Assembly: GCA_964406895.1 (NCBI GenBank)
Contig: CAYOTK010000006.1
Span: forward strand, 557-64,556
Reading direction: 5' to 3'
DNA from: an uncultured Candidatus Saccharibacteria bacterium
Lineage (GTDB): Bacteria; Patescibacteriota; Minisyncoccia; Phycocordibacterales; PALSA-1337
DNA length: 64,000 bases
Notes under the pieces: generated by a model
What the model was told of the DNA's origin: nothing
What the model saw: the letters and a program-made list of their open reading frames with translations, nothing else
Databases searched by the model: none
Position numbers and translations under genes: made by a program
Part shown: positions 37,774 through 46,486 of the stretch, in pieces
Numbering within the stretch: the stretch's first letter is position 1
How the letters are laid out: each line of letters starts with the position of its first letter

Positions 37774-38445
37774 TTATTTCTTTTGATCTTTACTGAAAAT
37801 CTCACCCTTGTATATCCAAACCTTGATACCTATATCTCCATATGTCATATGAGCCTTCTCGCGGGCGAAATCAATATCTGCACGCAATGTTTGCAAAGGT
37901 ATTTGGCCTTTCTTAAGCTCTTCACTGCGAGCAATATCGGCACCACCCAATCTTCCACCAAGTCTAATGCGAATACCCTTGACCTCTTTGTTTGCCATGA
38001 CTTTTTCGATGGTCTGCTTCATGACTCTTCTGAATGGCAATCTCTTTTCGAGTGCTTCTGCTATCATCATTCCTGCAATAGCTGCGTTTGATTCTGGGTT
38101 ACGAACTTCTTCTATGTCTATTTTGAGTTCTTGATTACCAAGACTGATTTTGTTTTTCTTGATAAGAGTCAATACTTTCTCTCTCAGCTTGACTACTCCA
38201 TCCCCCGCCTTACCGATAAGCATACCTGGACGTGAAGTCTTGATCACGACTCTGATTGCTTTTTGGTTTCTTTCAATATCCACGCCACCTACATAGAACG
38301 CTCTTAGCTCTTTCTGCAAGAATTCACGGATCAAAAGATCTGTTTTCAATGCATTTCTGTATGATTTGTCCGTAGCAAACCAGCGACTCTTCCAGTCTCT
38401 GATGATGCCTAGTCTATGTGAATATGGGTGAACTGTATGTGACAT
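37774..38445 (-). CDS. rpsC: 30S ribosomal protein S3
   Basis: KH domain and C-terminal S3 domain; 223 aa. Confidence 0.9.
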   Translation of the reverse strand: MSHTVHPYSHRLGIIRDWKSRWFATDKSYRNALKTDLLIREFLQKELRAFYVGGVDIERNQKAIRVVIKTSRPGMLIGKAGDGVVKLREKVLTLIKKNKISLGNQELKIDIEEVRNPESNAAIAGMMIAEALEKRLPFRRVMKQTIEKVMANKEVKGIRIRLGGRLGGADIARSEELKKGQIPLQTLRADIDFAREKAHMTYGDIGIKVWIYKGEIFSKDQKK

Positions 38446-38449
38446 AATA

Positions 38450-38839
38450 TTATTTTTTAATTTTCTTGGTTGATTTTGTGACAGGCTTTGAAGCTTTCTT
38501 TGCTTTTGATTCTGCTGGTGCCAAAACTATACTTATATGACTTGTCTTCTTCTTGATAGGATGTGCAGAACCCCTAGAAACAGGCATGAATCTCTTCATG
38601 ACCAAACCCTGATCAACTCTTATCTCTTTTATGAAAAGTGAATCTTTTTCCATCTTGAAATTGTTGACGGCATTTGCAATAGCGGAATCGATCAAATTTG
38701 AAATTGGATGTCTGCCTGCCTTGAGAGCATTTGCCAACAAGTCCTTTGCAATCAAAACGTTTTTACCTCTTACCATATCTGCTACTAGTCTGGCTTTACG
38801 AGGTGATATTCTGAAGTTTTTTAGAGATGCTGTAATCAT
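38450..38839 (-). CDS. rplV: 50S ribosomal protein L22
   Basis: MITASLKNFRISPRKARLVADMVRGKNV; 129 aa. Confidence 0.9.
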   Translation of the reverse strand: MITASLKNFRISPRKARLVADMVRGKNVLIAKDLLANALKAGRHPISNLIDSAIANAVNNFKMEKDSLFIKEIRVDQGLVMKRFMPVSRGSAHPIKKKTSHISIVLAPAESKAKKASKPVTKSTKKIKK

Positions 38840-38844
38840 GGTGG

Positions 38845-39192
38845 TTATTTCTTAGTGGCTGTTGTTGCTGCTTCTTTTGCTGATTTTGCTGCTGCCATTT
38901 CGGCCTCTTTGGCTTTCATTTCGATCTCCTTCTGCATCTTACCACCATGTCTTATAAATTTGCGTGTAGGAGAAAATTCGCCCAAACGATGACCTACCAT
39001 GTCTTCTGTTACGAAAACCTCAACATGTTGTCTGCCGTTGTGAACTCCGAAGGTGAAACCTACCATTTCAGGAGCTATCTGACTTGCTCTTGCCCATGTC
39101 TTAATAACACCACCTGTTCCAGGCTTCTTGCCACCGATTTTTTTCATCAGCTTTTCATCAACGTATGGACCTTTCTTTAGTGAGCGAGCCAT
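38845..39192 (-). CDS. rpsS: 30S ribosomal protein S19 with A/K/E-rich C-terminal tail
   Basis: [19 protein letters not shown] ... [29 protein letters not shown]. Confidence 0.9.
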   Translation of the reverse strand: MARSLKKGPYVDEKLMKKIGGKKPGTGGVIKTWARASQIAPEMVGFTFGVHNGRQHVEVFVTEDMVGHRLGEFSPTRKFIRHGGKMQKEIEMKAKEAEMAAAKSAKEAATTATKK

Positions 39193-39374
39193 TGGTAATT
39201 GGTTATTAGTTCTTGGTAATTAGTAATCTCACAACAATAATATTATCTATATAAATATGTGTTGTTTTTGGAATAAAATAAGCTCTAACGAGCTAAGTAG
39301 CATACTAACAGAGCCGTATTTCGAAGTCAAGGCGTTATTATTGTTCCATCATTGAATATTAGAAAGTTTATGAG

Positions 39375-39540
39375 AAAACTCACGAATTGTATGATTTGAG
39401 GACCATTTCGCAAAGCACCATGTACTATTAGTTTGAATGATCACTCTCAGATGGTGCTGCGAATAGACAGCCCCATCGACTCTTCCCCTATTGTCGATGG
39501 GGCTGATCGTGGTCCTCAAATCATACAATTCGTGAGTTTT
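39375..39540. repeat. 166-bp element bounded by perfect 31-bp inverted repeats with internal 13-bp stem-loop, inserted between rpsS and rplB
   Basis: aaaactcacgaattgtatgatttgaggacca (39375-39405) is exactly reverse-complemented at 39510-39540; inner cagccccatcgac / gtcgatggggctg (39468-39480 vs 39493-39505). Confidence 0.7.
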
Positions 39541-39565
39541 CTTGATTATTTAAGTATAAAAATTA

Positions 39566-39591
39566 GGAGGGGTAATGCGCATTACCCCTCC
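39566..39591 (+). promoter_or_regulatory. 26-nt perfect palindrome sequestering an SD-like sequence and an ATG (ggaggggtaATGcgcattacccctcc), with an 11-codon mini-ORF
   Basis: Exact self-complementarity read directly; AGGAGG then ATG 6 nt later; ORF MRITPPPDCKS*. Confidence 0.3.
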
Positions 39592-40021
39592 CCCTGATTG
39601 CAAAAGCTAAGGGACTCAGGCTGTGTCCCGCGCCCATAGATATTGTTAAATGTGCTTTGAAGTTGATCACCGTCCGATACGATAACCAAATCACCTGCAT
39701 TTGGCGCTATGTGTATGTGTAAGCACGTTTGGAACGGAGCATGCTATTTATTACGGAGTTGCAACTTTTCCGTCTTCATTCTGCACGTCGCTCCAAAAAC
39801 ACCGACACATCCACCGTGTCCTTTGGGCCCATGACACAACAGATGATATTTGGAATATAGCATTTTGCAAAGATAAATCAAATCGATAAATTGTAATATA
39901 GAAATATTGATGCTTGGAAAAAACACAAAAAGTCCTGCATTTTGTATTTTTCCTTATTGTTACCAATATTATTTATGAAACACGAGTTGCATCGACGTTA
40001 TTTTTATACTAGATTATATGC

Positions 40022-40423
40022 ATGACCATAGACACAAAATCTCACTCAACTAAAATAAAATCACCATATAATATATTCTATATACCGCATATTTATTGGT
40101 TTGGCTTAACTACCAGAATATGTCTATATGCTTTAGCACTATTTTACTTTATATCCTACAACTATAAGATAGTTGTCAGTGCACACAATACATCCTCATC
40201 AAATTCATTAATTATAATGATTGTTACAATTGTTGGGATTATAGGAATGTTTGCTGGATTATTTTTTATTGAAAAATCTAGACGTTACATAATACTATCT
40301 TTTTGGGCGGCATTTGGTCTACTAAGTATTATCGTGTATTTAACTTTATTGACTGTTTTACCGATATTGTCCGGGTATATATCAATTTCATTATTGTTTG
40401 GACCAGCCTTTCGCGGTTATTAG
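40022..40423 (+). CDS. small hydrophobic membrane protein (133 aa), opposite strand to the r-protein genes
   Basis: Three or four predicted TM helices; AT-rich; no recognisable motif. Confidence 0.35.
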   Translation: MTIDTKSHSTKIKSPYNIFYIPHIYWFGLTTRICLYALALFYFISYNYKIVVSAHNTSSSNSLIIMIVTIVGIIGMFAGLFFIEKSRRYIILSFWAAFGLLSIIVYLTLLTVLPILSGYISISLLFGPAFRGY

Positions 40424-40433
40424 ATTTAAACAT

Positions 40434-41300
40434 TTAACTACCACTTCTCATCAACCTACCAGGTTGTCTGCGACTAACAACAAATATATTGGAATATTTC
40501 TTAGGTGTACGTGTCTTCTGGCCCTTACCTGCTGGTTTACCCCAACGAGTCTTGAGTCTTCTCAAACCTCTACCTGACCTCTGTTCTCCTCCACCGTATG
40601 GGTGATCAACAGGGTTCTGAGCTGTACCACGAACAGTAGGACGAATACCCATCCAGCGGCTTCTTCCGGCCTTACCGATATTGACCAATCGTGATTCTTC
40701 GTTCGAAACAGCACCAACAGAAGCCCAAGCATCTTCGTGAACTTTACGAACTTCAGAAGAAGGCATTTTGATATGAGTATAACCAGCATCGTTTGCAACT
40801 ACCTGAGCGAATGAACCAGCGGAACGAACAAGCTTGGCACCACTTCCTGGCTTGATCTCAATATTGTATATGAAAGTACCAACTGGAATATTTTTGAGAG
40901 GCAAACGATTGCCTGTTTGTATAGGAGCCTTATCAGATACCAAGAATGAATTGCCGACTTTCATTGTCTTTGGCAAAAGTACATATCTCTTTGTACCATC
41001 TTTGTAATTGACAAGACCGATGTATCCTGTACGGAAAGGATCGTATTCTATTGTTTTGACTGTTGCTACTATATCCTTCTTGTCATACATGAAGTCTATC
41101 AAACGATAAAGTTTCTTATGACCCCCACCCTTGTGTCTAACTGTTATACGACCAAAAGCATTGCGACCCATATCGCGCTTAAATCCAACCGTCAAAGGTT
41201 TGTAAGGTTCAGAAGCTGTGACATATTCCTTGAAAGGAAGTGTTGTCATGTGTCTGCGTGATTTACTTGTTGGTCTGTATGATTTCATGTTTTTATACAA
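40434..41300 (-). CDS. rplB: 50S ribosomal protein L2
   Basis: 288 aa, ...GGGHKKLYRLIDF ... RWGKPAGKGQKTR conserved L2 C-terminal region. Confidence 0.95.
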   Translation of the reverse strand: MYKNMKSYRPTSKSRRHMTTLPFKEYVTASEPYKPLTVGFKRDMGRNAFGRITVRHKGGGHKKLYRLIDFMYDKKDIVATVKTIEYDPFRTGYIGLVNYKDGTKRYVLLPKTMKVGNSFLVSDKAPIQTGNRLPLKNIPVGTFIYNIEIKPGSGAKLVRSAGSFAQVVANDAGYTHIKMPSSEVRKVHEDAWASVGAVSNEESRLVNIGKAGRSRWMGIRPTVRGTAQNPVDHPYGGGEQRSGRGLRRLKTRWGKPAGKGQKTRTPKKYSNIFVVSRRQPGRLMRSGS

Positions 41301-41724
41301 AGTCTATTTTATCGCCTTTCTTAAGAGTAACTATTGCTTTTTTCAAACCTGGAACAACTCCTCTTTTGCCTCTTACAAAAACATTCTTGGCTGGCAAATT
41401 GACTATTGAAACTTTGATTGGAGTTACTTTGTACAAAGATTTGATAGCGGAAGAAATAAGAGATTTGTTTGAATTCTTAGTAACTTGGAAAGTATATATA
41501 CCATCTCTACTCATAAGTCCTGACTTTTCTGTTACATAAGGTCTTATGATAGAACCAGCAGAATCACCAAAAGAACCTGTGGGAACAGAAACAGCAACAA
41601 CTGCTTTTTCTTTCTTGATCTTTGGGGCCTTGGTCTCTACTGACTTCTTTGTATTGGTTGCAGAAACTGCCTTGCGAGTTTCGCCTGTTTTCTCTGTTTG
41701 CCTTTTGAAACCAAAAATTCCCAT
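41293..41724 (-). CDS. rplW: 50S ribosomal protein L23 with ~50-aa N-terminal extension
   Basis: Core IIRPYVTEKSGLMSRDGIYTFQV; 143 aa versus ~95 canonical. Confidence 0.85.
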   Translation of the reverse strand: MGIFGFKRQTEKTGETRKAVSATNTKKSVETKAPKIKKEKAVVAVSVPTGSFGDSAGSIIRPYVTEKSGLMSRDGIYTFQVTKNSNKSLISSAIKSLYKVTPIKVSIVNLPAKNVFVRGKRGVVPGLKKAIVTLKKGDKIDFV

Positions 41725-41732
41725 GGTATTAA

Positions 41733-42398
41733 TTATTTCTTATCGTTAACAGACAATCTTTTCAAGGACTGCTCTGGGTTTGTAATAATCAAAAATGTAT
41801 TGTTAAGAACAGAAACAGGGTTTACGTTACGGAATTCTTCGACTTTGATAGAGCCGATATTATTGAAACTCTTTGTTATGGCTTCTGATTTGCTATCGAG
41901 GGCCAATATTGCTGTATTAATCTTCTTTGTATTGAGTCTTTCATAACCTTTTATTTTAGACAATGAGACTAGAATATTTTTTGCCTCTTTTGTCTTTGGA
42001 GTTGTCATATTGAGAGAATCGACAAAGAGAACCTCACCATCTTTGAATTTGCGGGACAATATTGTAAGAAGAGCTTTTGTCTTTACTTTCTTGTTGATCT
42101 TACGTGAGAAATTCTGATCATTTCTTGGTCCATGTGCTATACCTCCACCAACCCATATAGGTGAGCGTGTAGAACCATGACGTGCACGTCCAGTACCCTT
42201 TTGTTTCCAAGGCTTCTTACCTCCACCTCTGACTTCACCTCTGGTTTTGGTATGAGCTATATTGTCGCGAGAATTGGAATTCATGAGACGTACTACTTCA
42301 TGAACAAGATCAGCATTCCAAGGCAAATCGAAAATACCTTTTGGAATATTGAACTTCCCTGCTTCTTTACCTGTTTGATTGTATATTGTTGTTTCCAT
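41733..42398 (-). CDS. rplD: 50S ribosomal protein L4
   Basis: 221 aa; ...RGGGKKPWKQKGTGRARHGS... L4 loop motif. Confidence 0.9.
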   Translation of the reverse strand: METTIYNQTGKEAGKFNIPKGIFDLPWNADLVHEVVRLMNSNSRDNIAHTKTRGEVRGGGKKPWKQKGTGRARHGSTRSPIWVGGGIAHGPRNDQNFSRKINKKVKTKALLTILSRKFKDGEVLFVDSLNMTTPKTKEAKNILVSLSKIKGYERLNTKKINTAILALDSKSEAITKSFNNIGSIKVEEFRNVNPVSVLNNTFLIITNPEQSLKRLSVNDKK

Positions 42399-42461
42399 GA
42401 AAGAAAAATGCTCACTCGAGCTGTGTCGCTATGCTAGCAAAATCATTACAAAGAGTCAATT

Positions 42462-43067
42462 TTATCCAACGATCTCCACTAATGTTCCCCTTCTTCCTGG
42501 AACTGCACCAGAAAGATATATTACATTCTCATCTTGATCAATATGCACAACTTTGAGATTTCTTACAGTGATCCTGTCACTACCCATTCTTCCCGCCATG
42601 CGCATACCTACAGGAACACGAGTACGCAAACCGCCACCAATAGAACCTGGCTCGCGCTCTGAGTGTTTCTGACCGTGAGAGCGAGGGCCTCCACCGAAAC
42701 CGTGTCTCTTGACGACACCTTGGAAGCCCTTACCCTTCGAAACGGCACTGACTGTAACCATGTCACCAATTGTAAACTGAGAAATAGATACAGAATCACC
42801 AACTTTCAGGGTAGGATTCGCTACTCTGATCTCTTTCAATGAAGCAAATGAACCTAGATCCTTGAAATGTCCCTTCTGTGCTTTGTTGATGCGATTTGGA
42901 TTGCGGCTACCTTCACCGATCTGTACAGCCTCATAACCATCACGAGTGACAGTTTTGACATCTGTAATGACATTATTCCTGATCGATATTGCTGTCACAG
43001 GCACAGCTGTTCCGGCAGCATCGAAAATCTGTGTCATATTAAGTTTTCTTCCCAAAATGAATTTCAT
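42462..43067 (-). CDS. rplC: 50S ribosomal protein L3
   Basis: MKFILGRKLNMTQIFDAAGTAVPVTAI; 201 aa. Confidence 0.9.
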   Translation of the reverse strand: MKFILGRKLNMTQIFDAAGTAVPVTAISIRNNVITDVKTVTRDGYEAVQIGEGSRNPNRINKAQKGHFKDLGSFASLKEIRVANPTLKVGDSVSISQFTIGDMVTVSAVSKGKGFQGVVKRHGFGGGPRSHGQKHSEREPGSIGGGLRTRVPVGMRMAGRMGSDRITVRNLKVVHIDQDENVIYLSGAVPGRRGTLVEIVG

Positions 43068-43083
43068 GGTATTTCTTTATTTC

Positions 43084-43458
43084 TTACATCATCTTCACAT
43101 CTATATTGACTCCCGACGGCAAACTCATATTGGTCAAGGCTTCAATGACTTTTGGATTTGGATTGATAATGTCAATAAGTCTCTTGTGAACTCTCATTTC
43201 GAATTGTTCACGTGAATTCTTATCGATGAATGAGGAGCGGTTTACTGTGTATTTCTTGATTTCTGTTGGCAAAGGTACTGGTCCATGTATTACAGCATCG
43301 TATCGTGCAGCTGTATCCATGATCTGCTTCAATGAAGCATCGAGAATTTTGTGTTCATATGCTCGAACACGTATTCTAAGCTGATGAACAACTCCGTCAA
43401 CCTTAACCTTCTTCTTTTTTGTTTCTTTTGTAGCAGTCATGTTTTTATTACTAAGCAA
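43084..43458 (-). CDS. rpsJ: 30S ribosomal protein S10 with N-terminal extension
   Basis: Core [21 protein letters not shown]; 124 aa. Confidence 0.9.
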   Translation of the reverse strand: MLSNKNMTATKETKKKKVKVDGVVHQLRIRVRAYEHKILDASLKQIMDTAARYDAVIHGPVPLPTEIKKYTVNRSSFIDKNSREQFEMRVHKRLIDIINPNPKVIEALTNMSLPSGVNIDVKMM

Positions 43459-44635
43459 CTACCTTTGTAACGACTCCAGCACCTACGGTCTTACCTCCTT
43501 CACGAACTGCGAAACGCTGTTGATTTTCTAGAGCTACAGGAGCTACTAGTTTGACCTTGAATGTAATTGTATCTCCAGGCATGACCATTTCTACCTTCTC
43601 AGGAAGAGTAACCTCGCCAGTAACATCTGTTGTTCTGATATAGAACTGAGGCTTGTATCCTGTGAAGAATGGAGTGTGGCGACCACCTTCTTCTTTCTTC
43701 AAAACGTAAACTTCTGCCTCGAATTCTGTGTGAGGCTTGACTGAACCTGGTTTTGCCAATACTTGTCCACGAGAAACATCATCCTTTGCTGTACCACGTA
43801 GTAGCAAACCAGCATTGTCTCCTGCCAAACCTTCCTTTAGAGACTTGTTGAACATTTCGATACCTGTAATAGTTGTCTTCGTAGTATCTTTGAAGCCGAT
43901 TATTTCGACTTCTTCACCTACTGTGATCTTTCCGCGTTCAATACGACCTGTAACTACTGTTCCACGACCTTCGATAGAGAATATATCTTCGATAGGCATA
44001 AGGAATGTTTTGTCGACTTCACGAACTGGAGTTGGGATATAAGTATCGAGAGCATTCATAAGCTCATCGATCTTTGCTGTCCATTCTGCTTCACCGTTCA
44101 AGGCGCCTGTTGCTGAACCGCGAATAACTGGAACGTTTTTACCGTCGAATTGATTCTTGGTTAGGAGCTCACGCACTTCTTCCTCAACAAGGTCAATAAG
44201 ATCCTTTTCTGGTACCAAGTCACACTTGTTCAAAAAGACAATGATCTTTGGAACACCAACCTGACGTGCTAGCAATACGTGTTCGCGTGTCTGAGGCATA
44301 ACACCATCTGTTGCTGATACAACAAGAATAGCACCGTCCATTTGAGCGGCACCTGTAATCATGTTTTTCACGAAGTCAGCGTGTCCTGGACAGTCGATGT
44401 GAGCATAGTGACGAGATGCAGACTCATATTCAACGTGTGAAAGTGAGATTGTTACTGTCTTTGTTGCATCACGAACTGTACCTCCCTTTGTAATATCTGA
44501 GTAAGCTTTGACTTGAGCCATACCCTTCTTGGACTGAACAGCCAAGAGCGCCGCTGTCAAAGTAGACTTTCCGTGGTCAATGTGACCAATTGTTCCTACG
44601 TTAACGTGTGGCTTTGTACGATTGAATTCTGCCAT
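43451..44635 (-). CDS. tuf: elongation factor Tu
   Basis: [22 protein letters not shown]-motifs; 394 aa. Confidence 0.97.
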   Translation of the reverse strand: MAEFNRTKPHVNVGTIGHIDHGKSTLTAALLAVQSKKGMAQVKAYSDITKGGTVRDATKTVTISLSHVEYESASRHYAHIDCPGHADFVKNMITGAAQMDGAILVVSATDGVMPQTREHVLLARQVGVPKIIVFLNKCDLVPEKDLIDLVEEEVRELLTKNQFDGKNVPVIRGSATGALNGEAEWTAKIDELMNALDTYIPTPVREVDKTFLMPIEDIFSIEGRGTVVTGRIERGKITVGEEVEIIGFKDTTKTTITGIEMFNKSLKEGLAGDNAGLLLRGTAKDDVSRGQVLAKPGSVKPHTEFEAEVYVLKKEEGGRHTPFFTGYKPQFYIRTTDVTGEVTLPEKVEMVMPGDTITFKVKLVAPVALENQQRFAVREGGKTVGAGVVTKVVA

Positions 44636-44868
44636 ATTATTATTTTATTGCTTTGGCTCGCATCGCATGGGCGTGAAATAACAACCATACGACGAGATCC
44701 AAAGATAAATTATATTAGTTAATAAAACGCAATTTTATTTAGCGTAGCGTCATGTTAACACACGCTATCATTTATTGCAAATTCTCTATATATCAAGACC
44801 TTACGCACTTCACCCCATACAAGAAGAGTAATAAAGAATACCCTACTCTATGTATGGGGTGTAAATGC

Positions 44869-46359
44869 TTATCTAAACAAACCTTGAACGGCGTCGAGAA
44901 CACTAGCTGACAATGAATCTTTTCCTGTTTTACCTGTTGGACTTGAACTTGGTACAGGAGTTGCTGTTGCTGTAGGGGTTGGTATCAATTCTGGATTGAT
45001 GATTGTTACCATCTGAGCACTCTTGCCTGAAGCAGATATTGATTCATCTGGACCAATCTGAACATATACGAAGTATCTAGCATATGGAACTGTCTTTGGT
45101 ACAGTCCAAACATATGAGTACATAACAGCAGGTGAAATATCTGGTCTTGTATAATCCAATATATCGATTTTCTGTCCGCCATTTACAGGAATAAGTTGTA
45201 TTCTTCTAACTTCCTGTGCCGTACTCAATGACCATTGAATGACCATTTTCTCGCCAACTTGGAAATAAGTACCTCCTGTGACTTGGCTTGTAGGTGTGAG
45301 AACTGTGAGAGCGGGAGAATTAACATTCTTTTCGGCTGTCTTTGAATTTGTTGTTACAAGAGGAAGTTGACTGTTGGTCACTCTGAAATATGAACTTTCT
45401 CCGTATGTCTGTGCATCGGCAGAATAAACCTTGACCTTATAATATCCTGTTGCAAGATTTGAAGGTATTGTCCAAGAATAATCTGTTCTTTGATATGGTG
45501 CTGTATAAGCTGGATTCTGATAAACACTTACGGTTAAGCCATCGTATGATTCTAGGACTATTTTGTTTATGCCTATTTCAGTTGAAGACCAATTAATGTT
45601 TAATTTCTCTCCGGGAGCAAATATTGTCGAAGAATTCTTGCTATTTACAGGTGTTAGAACTGTTATTGATGTTGTTTTCTTGGCTGGAATTATTGTGGTG
45701 CTAGTTACAGCAGGCTGATAATTGACAGTAGAAACTGGTGTTGGTGTATATACAGGAGTTGGGGTTTGTGTAACAACAGGTTTAACTACTGGTTGAACCT
45801 TATTTGCTGGAACTGGAGTTGGTGTGTAAGAAGGTGTTGGAGTTTGTTTTGCAACATTATTGGCAACACTATTACCACACAATTCTGCATTGATTTTGCC
45901 ACGAGTAAGAGGTCCGACGAATCCTGTAGTAGGCAAACCCTGACTTGCTTGATATTCCATGACTGACTGTGCGGTTGCTTCATCATACACACCATCTCTA
46001 CTCGAAGCACCGTAAACATCCCAATTGTAAAGTCCTTTAGAATCTAGAAATTTCTGAAGACTAGTCACAGACTCCCCCACACTGTCGAGGCCCATATTGA
46101 CGTTGAATATTGCACAAGAATTTTCTTTCCTTGGAATATTAGTCTGGGTACAAATATAGCCTTCCGGACAGATATTTTGATTGGAAACATTGTTTGGTAC
46201 GCACGTATAACCTACAGGACAGACAAATGTCGAAGGTGTACATACATATCCAGCAGGACAGACGAATACCGACTGTGCTTCAGCCTTTGTATTGGAGCCT
46301 AATATAACGAAACAAGTAACGATCAAGACTGGAATCAAATAAAGTGAAAATTTTTTCAT
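44869..46359 (-). CDS. secreted protein with Cys-rich N-terminal repeats, PG_binding_1-like domain and PT-rich linker
   Basis: Signal peptide MKKFSLYLIPVLIVTCFVILG; repeats CPAGYVCTPSTFVCPVGYTCVP; LQKFLDSKGLYNWDVYGASSRDGVYDEATAQSVMEYQASQGLPTTGFVGPLT resembles the peptidoglycan-binding domain (pfam01471); TPTPSYTPTPVP linker. Confidence 0.5.
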   Translation of the reverse strand: MKKFSLYLIPVLIVTCFVILGSNTKAEAQSVFVCPAGYVCTPSTFVCPVGYTCVPNNVSNQNICPEGYICTQTNIPRKENSCAIFNVNMGLDSVGESVTSLQKFLDSKGLYNWDVYGASSRDGVYDEATAQSVMEYQASQGLPTTGFVGPLTRGKINAELCGNSVANNVAKQTPTPSYTPTPVPANKVQPVVKPVVTQTPTPVYTPTPVSTVNYQPAVTSTTIIPAKKTTSITVLTPVNSKNSSTIFAPGEKLNINWSSTEIGINKIVLESYDGLTVSVYQNPAYTAPYQRTDYSWTIPSNLATGYYKVKVYSADAQTYGESSYFRVTNSQLPLVTTNSKTAEKNVNSPALTVLTPTSQVTGGTYFQVGEKMVIQWSLSTAQEVRRIQLIPVNGGQKIDILDYTRPDISPAVMYSYVWTVPKTVPYARYFVYVQIGPDESISASGKSAQMVTIINPELIPTPTATATPVPSSSPTGKTGKDSLSASVLDAVQGLFR

Positions 46360-46486
46360 ATAATATTGTGGGTTTTGTTTAATTCGAACCCAATATAATA
46401 ATGTGCGCATCATATCATAAATCTAGAAAAAATCAAAATAATAAAAGCTCCTTTCGGAGCTTTTATTATTCGAAGAATTAGTACTA

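Noticed and set aside
39600-39990. Small overlapping ORFs (60-71 aa) on both strands in the GC-enriched stretch between rpsS and rplB
   Set aside because: Mutually overlapping, no start context or motifs; the region is better explained as structured noncoding DNA.
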